Of a stretch of 56,311 bases of DNA, positions 1-7,891 are shown in pieces. The DNA comes from a virus (taxonomy: Duplodnaviria; Caudoviricetes): positions 1-56,311 of IMG/VR virus record IMGVR_UViG_3300013763_000001. One strand, written 5' to 3'. Each line of letters starts with the position of its first letter. The first letter of the stretch is position 1. A program made the translations under genes and the position numbers. The notes below the pieces were generated by a model. It was not told the DNA's origin. It worked only from the letters and a program-made list of their open reading frames with translations, and searched no databases.

Positions 1-110
1 GCGCTGGCCCAGGCGCTGGCCCAGGCGCTGTCCCAGGCGCTGGCCCAGGCGCTGGCCCAGGCGCTGGCCCAGGCGCTGGCCCAGGCGCTGGCCCAGGCGC
101 TGGCCCAGGC
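1..110. repeat. 12-bp tandem repeat (GCGCTGGCCCAG)n, left copy
   Basis: About 9 units, one with a GCGCTGTCCCAG variant; encodes AWAS/AWDS on the minus strand. Confidence 0.95.
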
Positions 111-449
111 GGATTCGAGGATTGGTGTCGCGGCTTGCGCGTCCCGCCAGGTCTCGAATTTGCATGCTGCTATCGCATCGGCGGTCGCTGTATCACCAGC
201 AGTAAGAAACAGCGACACGACATGGGGCTGCCGCTGCCGGAGCGTGTAAAGGATGAAGTCACGTCTGCCTTGCGCTGTGAGCAGGCGCAGCGCCGCCCAG
301 AGCACATCCACGCTCGCCGCTCGCAGGGCTTTTCCTGCCTCGGCGGTCAACGGCACCCCATCGGGGTACACCGCTGCGACCTTCTCGTAGTCTCTCAGAC
401 AGGGCTGCCATCGCTTGAGTCGAGCGAGTGATAAGACGGGCGCGCTCAT
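1..449 (-). CDS. AWAS-repeat protein, 5' part; continues across the circular junction into 56311..56125
   Basis: Hand-translated, not in the ORF track. ATG at 449 overlaps the TGA of the 446..688 gene (ATGA). Reads MSAPVLSLARLKRWQPCLRDYEK...PILESAWASAWAS and stays open to position 1. Confidence 0.8.
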   Translation of the reverse strand, partial: MSAPVLSLARLKRWQPCLRDYEKVAAVYPDGVPLTAEAGKALRAASVDVLWAALRLLTAQGRRDFILYTLRQRQPHVVSLFLTAGDTATADAIAACKFETWRDAQAATPILESAWASAWASAWASAWASAWASAWASAWDSAWASAWAS

Positions 450-688
450 CTCGCACCGCCGATCCGTCGCGTCGTCTGGTGATGTTCGCGGTAAGACTTC
501 AGCGCGTGTGGCGTGATGCGATAGTGGCGGATGCTTCCGGCGCCAACCGTGAACGCTGGGATTTCACCGGCAAGCACCAGCCGCCGTATCGTGCGCGGCG
601 ACACGCCCAGCTCGGCCGCCGCCTGCCCGGTGGACATTGGGCGGGGCGGGCTGTTGCCTGGTGGTGGATCGTGTGGTACGCTTTGCAT
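446..688 (-). CDS. excisionase-like HTH DNA-binding protein
   Basis: MSTGQAAAELGVSPRTIRRLVLAGEIPAF, typical MerR-like/HTH_17 pattern. Confidence 0.8.
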   Translation of the reverse strand: MQSVPHDPPPGNSPPRPMSTGQAAAELGVSPRTIRRLVLAGEIPAFTVGAGSIRHYRITPHALKSYREHHQTTRRIGGAR

Positions 689-780
689 GTTCTTTCCTCT
701 CGGCTGTGGTCGTTTCCGGCGACCACAGCCCCTTGCGTTTACGGTTCCGGCGACTTCACCGCGCGCCGGACGTCGCGGTC

Positions 781-1026
781 CTACTCCGGCGCCTCGGTAA
801 AGTCGAGGTAGTAGGTCTTCCCCGGCTTGAAGAACGTTGCCGCCGGACGGTCGGCCGGGTAGATACCCATCTGCACGTACCCGTAGGGCGTCGCCGCTGT
901 GAAGTCGGCGTTCTCGCCGGTCTCAGAGTGGACGGCGGTCAGGATCACTTCGGAGTTGCTGTACTGCTCCTTGATGCCCTGGCACACGACCTTTGCCCGG
1001 ACGCTGGTTATGGTTTCTGCTGGCAT
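781..1026 (-). CDS. hypothetical phage protein
   Basis: ORF with GGGAG RBS before ATG 1026; VRAK...VILTAV...EN.DFT.ATP.G...F.PGK.YYLDFTEA looks like a conserved small phage protein. Confidence 0.65.
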   Translation of the reverse strand: MPAETITSVRAKVVCQGIKEQYSNSEVILTAVHSETGENADFTAATPYGYVQMGIYPADRPAATFFKPGKTYYLDFTEAPE

Positions 1027-1152
1027 TCTGTTACTCCCAAAGCAGGCCACTTGCCTGCCTCACTTCCTCCATTGCCTCCACAATCACGGATCGGGGAGGC
1101 GTTCGCGTCTGGCCCGCCAGGAGCCGGTAGAGCCGGTATTGCGACCGCTCAA

Positions 1153-1428
1153 TCAGCGTCCTGGCAAGCGTGGTGGTGGGCCGGTGGCAACCTCAGCCGG
1201 GGCTTCTGTTCGGCTTGAGGCCGCGCCGTTGTTCTCGTAGAAAAGGAGATCCCTGGGAGCGTTCAGGCCCATGCAGATACGGGCAATAAATCCCGGCGTG
1301 ATCGGCTTCTTGCCGCGCCGAACCATGCTGATGTACTCCTCGGAGAAGCCCGTGAGCCGAGCGATTTCCTTTTGGGTCATCACCCCGGTTTCCACGTAGC
1401 GCTCGAAGAGCCGCGTCCTGATCGCCAC
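1153..1428 (-). CDS. Cro-like XRE HTH regulator
   Basis: MTQKEIARLTGFSEEYISMVRRG HTH; divergent from the 1522 HTH gene. Confidence 0.85.
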   Translation of the reverse strand: MAIRTRLFERYVETGVMTQKEIARLTGFSEEYISMVRRGKKPITPGFIARICMGLNAPRDLLFYENNGAASSRTEAPAEVATGPPPRLPGR

Positions 1429-1458
1429 TTGCCGTTCTCCCTGGCCCTCGCGGTGATT

Positions 1459-1515
1459 CTCTCACATGAGAGTGTACCACGGCAGCTAACAAAGTTCAAT
1501 AGGTAGCCGTATCAT
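1459..1515. promoter_or_regulatory. divergent cro/cI control region
   Basis: Minus promoter TTGAAC(1499-1494)-17 bp-TACACT(1476-1471); palindrome CTCTCA-CA-TGAGAG 1459-1472; plus-strand TATCAT 1510-1515 lies 6 nt before GTG 1522. Confidence 0.65.
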
Positions 1516-1521
1516 TCGTGC

Positions 1522-2151
1522 GTGATGAATTCAGCAACGAATCGCTACCCTGAACTGCAAGAATTGTTGGAACGCATCGTCAGCGGCGAGGGCGGTGTCA
1601 TGAAGGCCGACGCTGCGGCGGGCCTCCGTCCAGCGACGTTTTCGCGCTGGACGAACAATAAACATCAACGCCCTGACGCAGCACTTTTGGGTAAGCTCGC
1701 CGCCTCGTTGGGTGAGAAATACCGGTTCACGGAGCACGATGTGCTCTTGTGGGCGGGCTATCTTCTGGCCCAGGATGGGGCCGGTTCGCCCTCGGTCCGG
1801 CTCCAACTCCGAAGCAGCGTAATACTGCCCGGTGATAGCGGGTGGAAAGATGATGCCTGTGGGTACCGGACGGTCGTACCAGACGAAATAGGCGTGGTCT
1901 GTGACAAGCGGGCGGTCCGCCACGGCAACCGTGCCGACGCGCCCATCGTCGCTGCCGTCCAGGATGTGGTGATTGCTCCGACATTCCGCAGAGCGCCGTA
2001 CTCGCACACGTTGTGCAAGTTGCGGCGTCCAGGGCTGCCAGAGGTCGGCATCGTCAGTCGTTGCCATCACTCGCCGCCTTCCTGGCGGCGTCGCCGCAGC
2101 ACGACCCACGGTTGCCAGGTACCTACCTGCGTTACCGTGCTCGGGCGGTGA
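1522..2151 (+). CDS. CI-like repressor (XRE HTH), probably 3'-truncated; residues after about 90 are antisense read-through
   Basis: AAAGLRPATFSRW...RPDAALLGKLAASL...VLLWAGYL repressor-like N-domain; the rest overlaps a convergent gene. Confidence 0.7.
   Translation: MMNSATNRYPELQELLERIVSGEGGVMKADAAAGLRPATFSRWTNNKHQRPDAALLGKLAASLGEKYRFTEHDVLLWAGYLLAQDGAGSPSVRLQLRSSVILPGDSGWKDDACGYRTVVPDEIGVVCDKRAVRHGNRADAPIVAAVQDVVIAPTFRRAPYSHTLCKLRRPGLPEVGIVSRCHHSPPSWRRRRSTTHGCQVPTCVTVLGR
1531..2067 (-). CDS. hypothetical protein; plausible coding part 2067..~1795, then reads into the repressor antisense
   Basis: Start coupled to the stop of 2067..2282 (GTGATG); RVRVR...GRVGTV...YFVWYD...YAASELEP looks like a compact beta-rich phage protein. 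Confidence 0.55.
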   Translation of the reverse strand: MATTDDADLWQPWTPQLAQRVRVRRSAECRSNHHILDGSDDGRVGTVAVADRPLVTDHAYFVWYDRPVPTGIIFPPAITGQYYAASELEPDRGRTGPILGQKIARPQEHIVLREPVFLTQRGGELTQKCCVRALMFIVRPARKRRWTEARRSVGLHDTALAADDAFQQFLQFRVAIRC

Positions 2152-2282
2152 GGCATTGAGACTAGCTCCCATCCGTCGCTATCTAACTCGTTGAGTTGGA
2201 TAGCGACCATAGAAGGGGTATGGGAAGCGTGTAGCTGTATCACGCTGTACTCGTAGCCGGCGGCGCGGTTACGCTGTGCCAT
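2067..2282 (-). CDS. DUF4177-like small protein
   Basis: YEYSVIQL...LNELDSDGWELVS motif. Confidence 0.7.
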   Translation of the reverse strand: MAQRNRAAGYEYSVIQLHASHTPSMVAIQLNELDSDGWELVSMPHRPSTVTQVGTWQPWVVLRRRRQEGGE

Positions 2283-2487
2283 CGTCAGCTCCCCTCACCT
2301 TGCGTGGCCGGCCACGCGCCGGCTTTCCCTGTTCCGCCAGTGCTGCAACCTCTGCCCGACTTACAAGCATGCTCCGTGGCCCGACGCGCGTTGCTGTGAG
2401 CACGCCACGCCGTACCAGCGCGTAGACGTTGCTCCGGCGGTAGCCGAGTAGGCGAGCTGCCTCAGTCATTGTCACCATCTGATCCAT
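2269..2487 (-). CDS. excisionase-like HTH protein
   Basis: MVTMTEAARLLGYRRSNVYALVRRGVL; C-terminal RGRPRK; TATACT (2499-2494) 6 nt upstream. Confidence 0.85.
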   Translation of the reverse strand: MDQMVTMTEAARLLGYRRSNVYALVRRGVLTATRVGPRSMLVSRAEVAALAEQGKPARGRPRKVRGADDGTA

Positions 2488-2550
2488 AGCGCCAGTATAC
2501 CGTAAATCGAACGAATGTACAGAGATTCGCCAAAATGACGTCCCAACCTA

Positions 2551-2579
2551 TTGACAATAGTGTAAATATGTCCTAATAT
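2551..2579 (+). promoter_or_regulatory. sigma70-type promoter for the plus-strand cassette region
   Basis: TTGACA(2551-2556)-17 bp-TAATAT(2574-2579) in an AT-rich gap. Confidence 0.7.
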
Positions 2580-2629
2580 ATAGGTATGGACGGATTGACC
2601 CCGCCCATACAGAGTGGAGTATAGACGAG

Positions 2630-2977
2630 ATGACCATCAAGATTGCAGCGACCTACACCCCGGCTTGGCAGCGCGCGGTAGCCCGTGCCGACGTGAACGC
2701 CAAAGCCGGCCGTGTGGCCCGGCGCATCGGCGAGCGCACCTACCGTGTCATGAGCAGTCAGTCCGGCGACCAGTCCTACACCTGCTACGTGGGCAGCATC
2801 GTCAACCTGGACGTGCAATGCACCTGCCCGGCTGGCGTGTCAGGGTTGGTGTGCTGGCACAAAGCGGCATCCCTGTCGGCCGCTATCGCCCGGTGCAAGG
2901 CAGTCGCCGCTGCTCCGGCCCGCGTCTACGTGGACGCCGAAGCCGAGCGGCTGGCACGTGCGTCGTTCGCACGGTAG
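2630..2977 (+). CDS. SWIM-type zinc-finger protein
   Basis: YRVMSS...Y...CTCPAG...CWHK (CxC-x(n)-CxH); GGAG RBS. Confidence 0.8.
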   Translation: MTIKIAATYTPAWQRAVARADVNAKAGRVARRIGERTYRVMSSQSGDQSYTCYVGSIVNLDVQCTCPAGVSGLVCWHKAASLSAAIARCKAVAAAPARVYVDAEAERLARASFAR

Positions 2978-3024
2978 AGCATCAAGAGCGCCGGGGTCTG
3001 AACAGCCCCGGCAGAGAGGCAAGC

Positions 3025-3225
3025 ATGATGACTCCGACGAAACGCGACCAGGCGCGGTACGTTTGGTACCGCAGCTTCATGGTTATCAGGCATAACGAGG
3101 ATATCTACCAGATTGACGGCCTGCCGACGACGTGGAGCAGCCTAGGGGCCGCTCAGGCCTATGTGGACATACTACGGCGCACGATGGCACTAGCAATGAC
3201 CCCGGCTGAGAGGCAAGAGCAATGA
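3025..3225 (+). CDS. hypothetical protein
   Basis: Starts at the ATG of repeat copy 1 (MMTPTKRDQARY...). Confidence 0.6.
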   Translation: MMTPTKRDQARYVWYRSFMVIRHNEDIYQIDGLPTTWSSLGAAQAYVDILRRTMALAMTPAERQEQ

Positions 3226-3428
3226 ACAAAGTCCAGTCTGAGACGCATACCTGGTGCGTCCTCAAGGCGGCAGGGGGCGTCTGGCACGCGGTCATTCTGC
3301 CCGTCCACGATGCCGCCAGCGAGCGTCAGCGCGGGATGCCGGATGTCGCCGCGAGCAAGACGGGGTGCGGTCTCGCCGTCAGCGCCGGCGTTTTAGTAGC
3401 GAGTGAACGCCGGGGGCAACCCGGCTGA
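3222..3428 (+). CDS. hypothetical protein
   Basis: Starts at the ATG of repeat copy 2; ATGA overlap. Confidence 0.55.
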   Translation: MNKVQSETHTWCVLKAAGGVWHAVILPVHDAASERQRGMPDVAASKTGCGLAVSAGVLVASERRGQPG

Positions 3429-3477
3429 GAGGCAAGAGCAATGGCAGAGAAGATTATCGAGTGGACGGAAGGCCGAA

Positions 3478-3738
3478 ATGGCAGTTGACGATGCCGAAGG
3501 CGACACTACAACAGCCCTGCGGGACGCGCTCATAGCGCTGGTGGAAGCGAGCGCGGCGATGGAAAGCGTCACCTACCAGGATTTCGCTACAAAATACCGC
3601 GTGTACGCCGCCTACCGCGAGGCCGTCACGGTAGCCAGGGAGTTGATCGGGCGGACGGAAGATGCCGATTTGCTGGCGCTGCTGGCCAGCGACGAACGCG
3701 ACCAGGCCGGGTTGCCCGTTGAGGAGGAGCAATCGTGA
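3478..3738 (+). CDS. hypothetical protein
   Basis: Helical ORF MAVDDAEG...; coupled to the next gene (GTGA). Confidence 0.55.
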   Translation: MAVDDAEGDTTTALRDALIALVEASAAMESVTYQDFATKYRVYAAYREAVTVARELIGRTEDADLLALLASDERDQAGLPVEEEQS

Positions 3739-4061
3739 CCGACACCGATGCCGAACACCAGACCGCCGTAGACGAGTACGAGCAGGCACGCGCCGATCGC
3801 GTCGACCGCTACCGCACCTACGGCAGCAACGCCGCCGCGCGGTCGGCCGCTGCGATGGAGCGCGAACACGCCATCGCCGGGATGATACCCGCAGGCCAGC
3901 CGCTACTCATCGCGCATGGCTCAGAAGGCCGCCATCGCCGCGACATGCACCGCATCGACAGCCTGATCCGCAAGGCCGGCGTCTCGGCAGCCGAGGCCGT
4001 CGCAGCCATCACTGCCGAAAAGGCGGCGGCAGTCAAGGCGGTATGGGCGCGGCCCTGGTAG
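3735..4061 (+). CDS. DUF3560-like N-terminal fragment protein
   Basis: YEQARADRVDRY...IPAGQPLLIAHGSEGRHRRD resembles the DUF3560 'IP.GQPILVGHHSE..HRR' motif; GAGGAG RBS. Confidence 0.6.
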   Translation: MTDTDAEHQTAVDEYEQARADRVDRYRTYGSNAAARSAAAMEREHAIAGMIPAGQPLLIAHGSEGRHRRDMHRIDSLIRKAGVSAAEAVAAITAEKAAAVKAVWARPW

Positions 4062-4072
4062 CGTAGGTCCGT

Positions 4073-4101
4073 TTGACACCAGGGATTCCATCGGTTATAC
4101 T
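4073..4101 (+). promoter_or_regulatory. sigma70-type promoter
   Basis: TTGACA(4073-4078)-17 bp-TATACT(4096-4101). Confidence 0.8.
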
Positions 4102-4123
4102 CTAGATGTAAGGGGGACAATGG

Positions 4124-4438
4124 ATGAGCCGCTACTTTCACGTCGCGCCAGCAGATTATCATATCGGGGATGATCTGCTTTGCCGCGACGAGTTGGAAGC
4201 GGAGGGCCGCTTGCCGGTGTGGAAGTTTGATGGCGAACCGTTCGACACCGATGTCGTCTGCCTCTTTTCGACGCACGCTGAAGCGGTTGAGTTCGTGCGC
4301 GATTTTCTCAGCGACGGCATCGTTCTGGCCGTTAATCTCCATGATGCCGAAGCGTGGGGGCTACGCCTCACGCGCGTTGACGAAGGCTTTACCGCAGCCT
4401 TCGGGCGCATCCCGGCGCATCTCGTCACGGTAGCATAA
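4124..4438 (+). CDS. hypothetical protein
   Basis: Directly after the promoter and AAGGGGG RBS; TAATG coupling to the next gene. Confidence 0.7.
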   Translation: MSRYFHVAPADYHIGDDLLCRDELEAEGRLPVWKFDGEPFDTDVVCLFSTHAEAVEFVRDFLSDGIVLAVNLHDAEAWGLRLTRVDEGFTAAFGRIPAHLVTVA

Positions 4439-4872
4439 TGCCGTACAGGGACCGCGCCGCCAGGCTCGCCTACGCCGATCGTTACCACGCCGCGCACCGC
4501 CCAGCCCCGCAGCCCGCGCCGCAACGCGACGGCTCCCTGCCCCCTCGCGGCATCCTTGCTGTGGACGACGATGGTTCCCGCGTCCAGTGCCACGAGTGCG
4601 GGCGCTGGTTCGGCGGCTTGCCGGCGCACATTCGCACGCACGGCCTGGATGCCGACCGCTACAAAGAGCGGTACGACTTGGCGCGCGGACTCTCATTGTG
4701 GTCGCCACAGTACCAGGAGCGCCAGCGTCAGGCAGCGTTGGCGCGCAACCTTGGCGACGTTGGCCGCGCCGCGCTGGAAGAGATCGGGCCGTCCCCCCGG
4801 CCAGCAGGGATCACGGACCGACTCAGTTCGCGCCTTCGCTACAGCGCGGCAAAACGTAAGCCGCCGTGCTGA
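4438..4872 (+). CDS. Ros/MucR-type zinc-finger protein
   Basis: VQCHECGRWFGGL..HIRTHGLD...YKERY.L. Confidence 0.75.
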   Translation: MPYRDRAARLAYADRYHAAHRPAPQPAPQRDGSLPPRGILAVDDDGSRVQCHECGRWFGGLPAHIRTHGLDADRYKERYDLARGLSLWSPQYQERQRQAALARNLGDVGRAALEEIGPSPRPAGITDRLSSRLRYSAAKRKPPC

Positions 4873-5041
4873 TCACCCTCGACGAGTCCGGCATCCCGCA
4901 GTAGTCAGAGACGCCAAAGCACCCCACCGGCAATACGTCGGCACCGATCGCCGCCATCGCCGTGCCCAGCGCATACCCCCGGCGCTGAGTTGCTGGCCGG
5001 TGAAGTCGGGCGGCGTGGCGGTGTTGTCGTCTCTGGCGTAG

Positions 5042-5377
5042 TTAGTAATCGCAGTTGATTTGCTGCATGGCCATCATCCGCTCACCAACCGTGGCCGCCG
5101 GCGTCGGGCCATAGCTGAAGGTCAGCCAGTATTTCGCCTGTGGCGTCAAGGCGCTACCGGTAACGACTTGGACGAGCTTGGTGCCGCTGATCGTCGCCGC
5201 GCCGGAAAGTGCACCGGTCACGACGATCCCGGTGAGTTGCGTCGTCAACACGGACGTGATTCCGGTCGGACTGATGGCCTGGCCGGAGTCGAGTTGCGCT
5301 GCCACGTCGGTAAAGACGGCGGCGACCATCTTGGTGCCGACACTCGCTATGGTGTCGCTGACGTAGGGTACTGCCAT
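5042..5377 (-). CDS. putative virion beta-sandwich protein
   Basis: Last gene of the minus-strand late operon; T/V/S-rich. Confidence 0.6.
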   Translation of the reverse strand: MAVPYVSDTIASVGTKMVAAVFTDVAAQLDSGQAISPTGITSVLTTQLTGIVVTGALSGAATISGTKLVQVVTGSALTPQAKYWLTFSYGPTPAATVGERMMAMQQINCDY

Positions 5378-5379
5378 GA

Positions 5380-6831
5380 TTACCTTCCTGTCGCCTTACC
5401 GCCGAGGACATTGGCGCCGACCTTGCCACCCAGGACACTCGCCGCCGTTCGTCCGCCGAGGACATTGGCGCCGACCTTGCCACCGACCCAGGGTATGCCG
5501 GTGGTTGCCGTCTGGAGCACGAACCGGAAGCCGGCATCGCGGTACCCCAGCGCCGCCAGCTGTAGGCGGAGACCGGCATCGCGGTAGGCAAGGACGGCGA
5601 GCGCAAAGCGGAATCGCGCGTCATGCCAGGCTTGCCCAGCCAGCCGGAAGCGCAGCGCCGCATCGCGTGTGCTCGCCGCTGCCAACCGAACGCGCATCTG
5701 CGTGTCACGGTAGGTCGCCGCTGAGGCCAGCCGGAAGCGGCTGGTTGTATCGCGGTAGCCGGTCGCCATGAGCCGGAAGCGCAGCGCAACGTTCCGGTAG
5801 GCGGAGCCTGGCACATTCAGGACGAACCGCAGGCCGCTGTCCCGGTAGGCGGTTGCTCGCAGCCGGAAGCGCAGTGCCGTATCGCGGTACGCCTGGGCAG
5901 CAAGCCGGAAGCGGAGCGCGGCATCGCGCCAGGCGGCTCCCTGCAACCGGAAGCGGAGCGCTACATCCCGGAACGCCGGAGCGGATACTAGGCGGAACCG
6001 GAGCGCACTATCGCGCCAGGCTGTTGCCTGAAGTCTGAAGCGTGCAGCCGCGTCCCGAAACGTGACCGGCGAGACCAGGCGAAAGCGAAGTGCGGCGTCC
6101 TTATACGCCTGCGCAAGGAGGCGGAACCGTAGCGCCGCGTCCCGGTAGACGGTCGCCGATACGAGCCGGAAGCGCAGCGCCGCATCTTTGTACGCCGTCG
6201 CGCCAGAAGCTGCCTTGTAGCTGGCGCTGACGGCGGCGTAATCCGTCGCGGGGAATGTCCAAGAGGAAATCTCTGACGTTCCACCGGCCAGGAGCTTATA
6301 CGTGTAGCCGGATGACTCAATACCTGTCCCCGAGCCGGTAAAGTCCTGGGTCCAAGTCGTCGATGCCAGCGTTGGAGCGGTAGCGGTATTCCAGTCGATG
6401 TTGAGGATGGCTATGGCAAGACCGGCGCTAGCGCCAGTGGCAAGCGTGCCAGCGTTACCGGACGTGGCCGACGCAGCGGTATTGCTCGCGGTCACATCCA
6501 GCGGCGTGGTCGTCGCTGTGCCGCTCCATTCGTTGAATACCGCCGTCTGGAAAGTCGGGCCCGCTGCCGATTGCATACTCGTCACGCCGGAGGGTGCGAC
6601 CAGGGAGAAGATGTCGGCAAACTCATTGTCAGTGCCAACCGTCGCGTTGATATCCCGGTTGAACGTCCCAGCGCCACCGGTGGAAGTAACGCCGGTAGCA
6701 GCAACCCCGGTGCTATACGACGCAACCCGGTACGTCAGGAGATTGTTCGCTGCCGGACTATGTGTCCAACTAAGGGCGAGACTGCTGTTTGTATGCAGGA
6801 GTCCAGAGTTGGCGACGTTGACGACGGCCAT
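5380..6831 (-). CDS. putative virion protein with about 16 tandem 14-16 aa [YWF]RDAALRFRL repeats
   Basis: S/T/G-rich N-domain, repeat block at about 5510-6195, C-terminal 9-aa GGKVGANVL repeats. Confidence 0.8.
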   Translation of the reverse strand: MAVVNVANSGLLHTNSSLALSWTHSPAANNLLTYRVASYSTGVAATGVTSTGGAGTFNRDINATVGTDNEFADIFSLVAPSGVTSMQSAAGPTFQTAVFNEWSGTATTTPLDVTASNTAASATSGNAGTLATGASAGLAIAILNIDWNTATAPTLASTTWTQDFTGSGTGIESSGYTYKLLAGGTSEISSWTFPATDYAAVSASYKAASGATAYKDAALRFRLVSATVYRDAALRFRLLAQAYKDAALRFRLVSPVTFRDAAARFRLQATAWRDSALRFRLVSAPAFRDVALRFRLQGAAWRDAALRFRLAAQAYRDTALRFRLRATAYRDSGLRFVLNVPGSAYRNVALRFRLMATGYRDTTSRFRLASAATYRDTQMRVRLAAASTRDAALRFRLAGQAWHDARFRFALAVLAYRDAGLRLQLAALGYRDAGFRFVLQTATTGIPWVGGKVGANVLGGRTAASVLGGKVGANVLGGKATGR

Positions 6832-6832
6832 G

Positions 6833-7276
6833 CTAGCCCACCGTCTCCAGCACGGTCAGGCCGAATGAAATCGGCCCCCCGGCAACGGTCATATAGGCGC
6901 GGTAGGCCGTCGGATAGCCGCCTACCGTCGAATCGTAGGGAATACCCAGTCCCACACTCGGCGTCATAATCGGCAGTCCCGTATGCCGGTCAGTCCCCCA
7001 ACTGCCGGTCGGTTCCCCAGTGACGTCCCCCTCGGTGGACTGCGGGAACGTTGCGCCACCGTCCCAGGACCACTGGATGCCGAAGGTGATTGACATACTC
7101 GTGCTGCTAAACGGTTGTGCGAAACCGGTGAACGGCGCGGTGATAATTCCAGTCGTGCAGTCGACCGCAACGGTCGCATAATCGAACCCTGCCGGGACGG
7201 CGCTGGCCGGCGTGGTCCGTGTGCCGTTGTGCTGGTTGGCTATCGGCACAGTGGCGACGGTGGATGTAGTACTCAT
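6833..7276 (-). CDS. hypothetical (virion-like) protein
   Basis: T/G-rich; contains IQWSWDGGATF (Asp-box-like); GGAG RBS. Confidence 0.65.
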   Translation of the reverse strand: MSTTSTVATVPIANQHNGTRTTPASAVPAGFDYATVAVDCTTGIITAPFTGFAQPFSSTSMSITFGIQWSWDGGATFPQSTEGDVTGEPTGSWGTDRHTGLPIMTPSVGLGIPYDSTVGGYPTAYRAYMTVAGGPISFGLTVLETVG

Positions 7277-7314
7277 GTCACAATTCTCCCTTTACGATGG
7301 AAGTCGCCGGCGGT

Positions 7315-7764
7315 TCACGGCGCGGCGATGCCGAGATGATCCACCGCGAGCGGGCCGAGGTGCTCCCATTTGCAGTCGTAGGCGTTGTCCACAAACGTCC
7401 TCAACGTGTCGGTGCGATAGTCCCAGCAGGCGAAGGACGTTTCGCCGTTGAGACCGTAGAGGTAGCCAATCAGATGCGCCAAGGTATGGCGCCCCATTGA
7501 CGTTGAGGCGACGGCCAGCTTCAGTTGCACGAACCGGCCGGTATTGTCGTGACTGGTGCCGAGCTCCGCTACCTGGCCGTTGGGGCAGACTAGCCGGAGC
7601 TTCTGACGGCCCTTGCGCGGCAGTTCCGTCCAGTCGCGGCGGTATTCCTCAATGACGGTCCCATCGTGGAACTTCATCACCCAGAACGAGCGGCCGGACA
7701 GGCGTGCGTAGGCAACCGGATCACCGGACACGGCGAAACGGATGGGGTCAAGAATGCCGAGCAA
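7315..7764 (-). CDS. hypothetical protein
   Basis: TTG start with AAAGGA RBS; fits the operon. Confidence 0.65.
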   Translation of the reverse strand: MLGILDPIRFAVSGDPVAYARLSGRSFWVMKFHDGTVIEEYRRDWTELPRKGRQKLRLVCPNGQVAELGTSHDNTGRFVQLKLAVASTSMGRHTLAHLIGYLYGLNGETSFACWDYRTDTLRTFVDNAYDCKWEHLGPLAVDHLGIAAP

Positions 7765-7808
7765 GGGAAGTCCTTTCAGGCGCTACCAGGGGGAAAGCAA
7801 GCGCGGCG

Positions 7809-7891
7809 TGCTATACTGAAGGGTCAAATTGGAGTGCTCCCGCACTGCGCTAACAGCCGGGAGCCGTCACCGAAGATTGGAGCCTTCGATG
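7809..7891 (+). promoter_or_regulatory. HNH leader motif copy 1 (extended -10 plus two hairpins)
   Basis: TGCTATACT 7809-7817; stem GCTCCCG/CGGGAGC 7836-7864; CGAAG-ATTGGAGC-CTTCG directly before ATG 7889. Confidence 0.75.

Larger units (their letters stand above)
2990..3443 (+). repeat. start-associated direct repeat CCCGGCTGAGAGGCAAGAGCAATG, 3 copies
   Basis: Identical 24-mers at 3201-3224 and 3420-3443; variant CCCCGGCAGAGAGGCAAGCATG at 3006-3027; each ends on an ATG. Confidence 0.9.

Noticed and set aside
1-110. Terminal repeats as a CRISPR array or terminal direct repeats
   Set aside because: The units are contiguous 12-mers with no spacers and are in-frame coding sequence; no cas genes are present.
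2990-3443. 24-bp repeats as a mini-CRISPR
   Set aside because: The intervals are about 200 bp and are ORFs; the repeats end in RBS plus ATG.
4873-5041. tRNA or ncRNA in the convergence gap
   Set aside because: I could not fold a cloverleaf or find T-loop/CCA signatures; no tRNA was recognised anywhere in the window by eye.
5380-6200. Repeats as DGR template/variable repeats
   Set aside because: No reverse transcriptase is present and the differences are not adenine-specific; conservation is at protein level.
7829-7891. HNH leaders as HEARO RNA or group I intron remnants
   Set aside because: They are far too short (~80 nt), the proteins lack RuvC/IscB features, and the genes are antisense and intergenic with no intron core visible.
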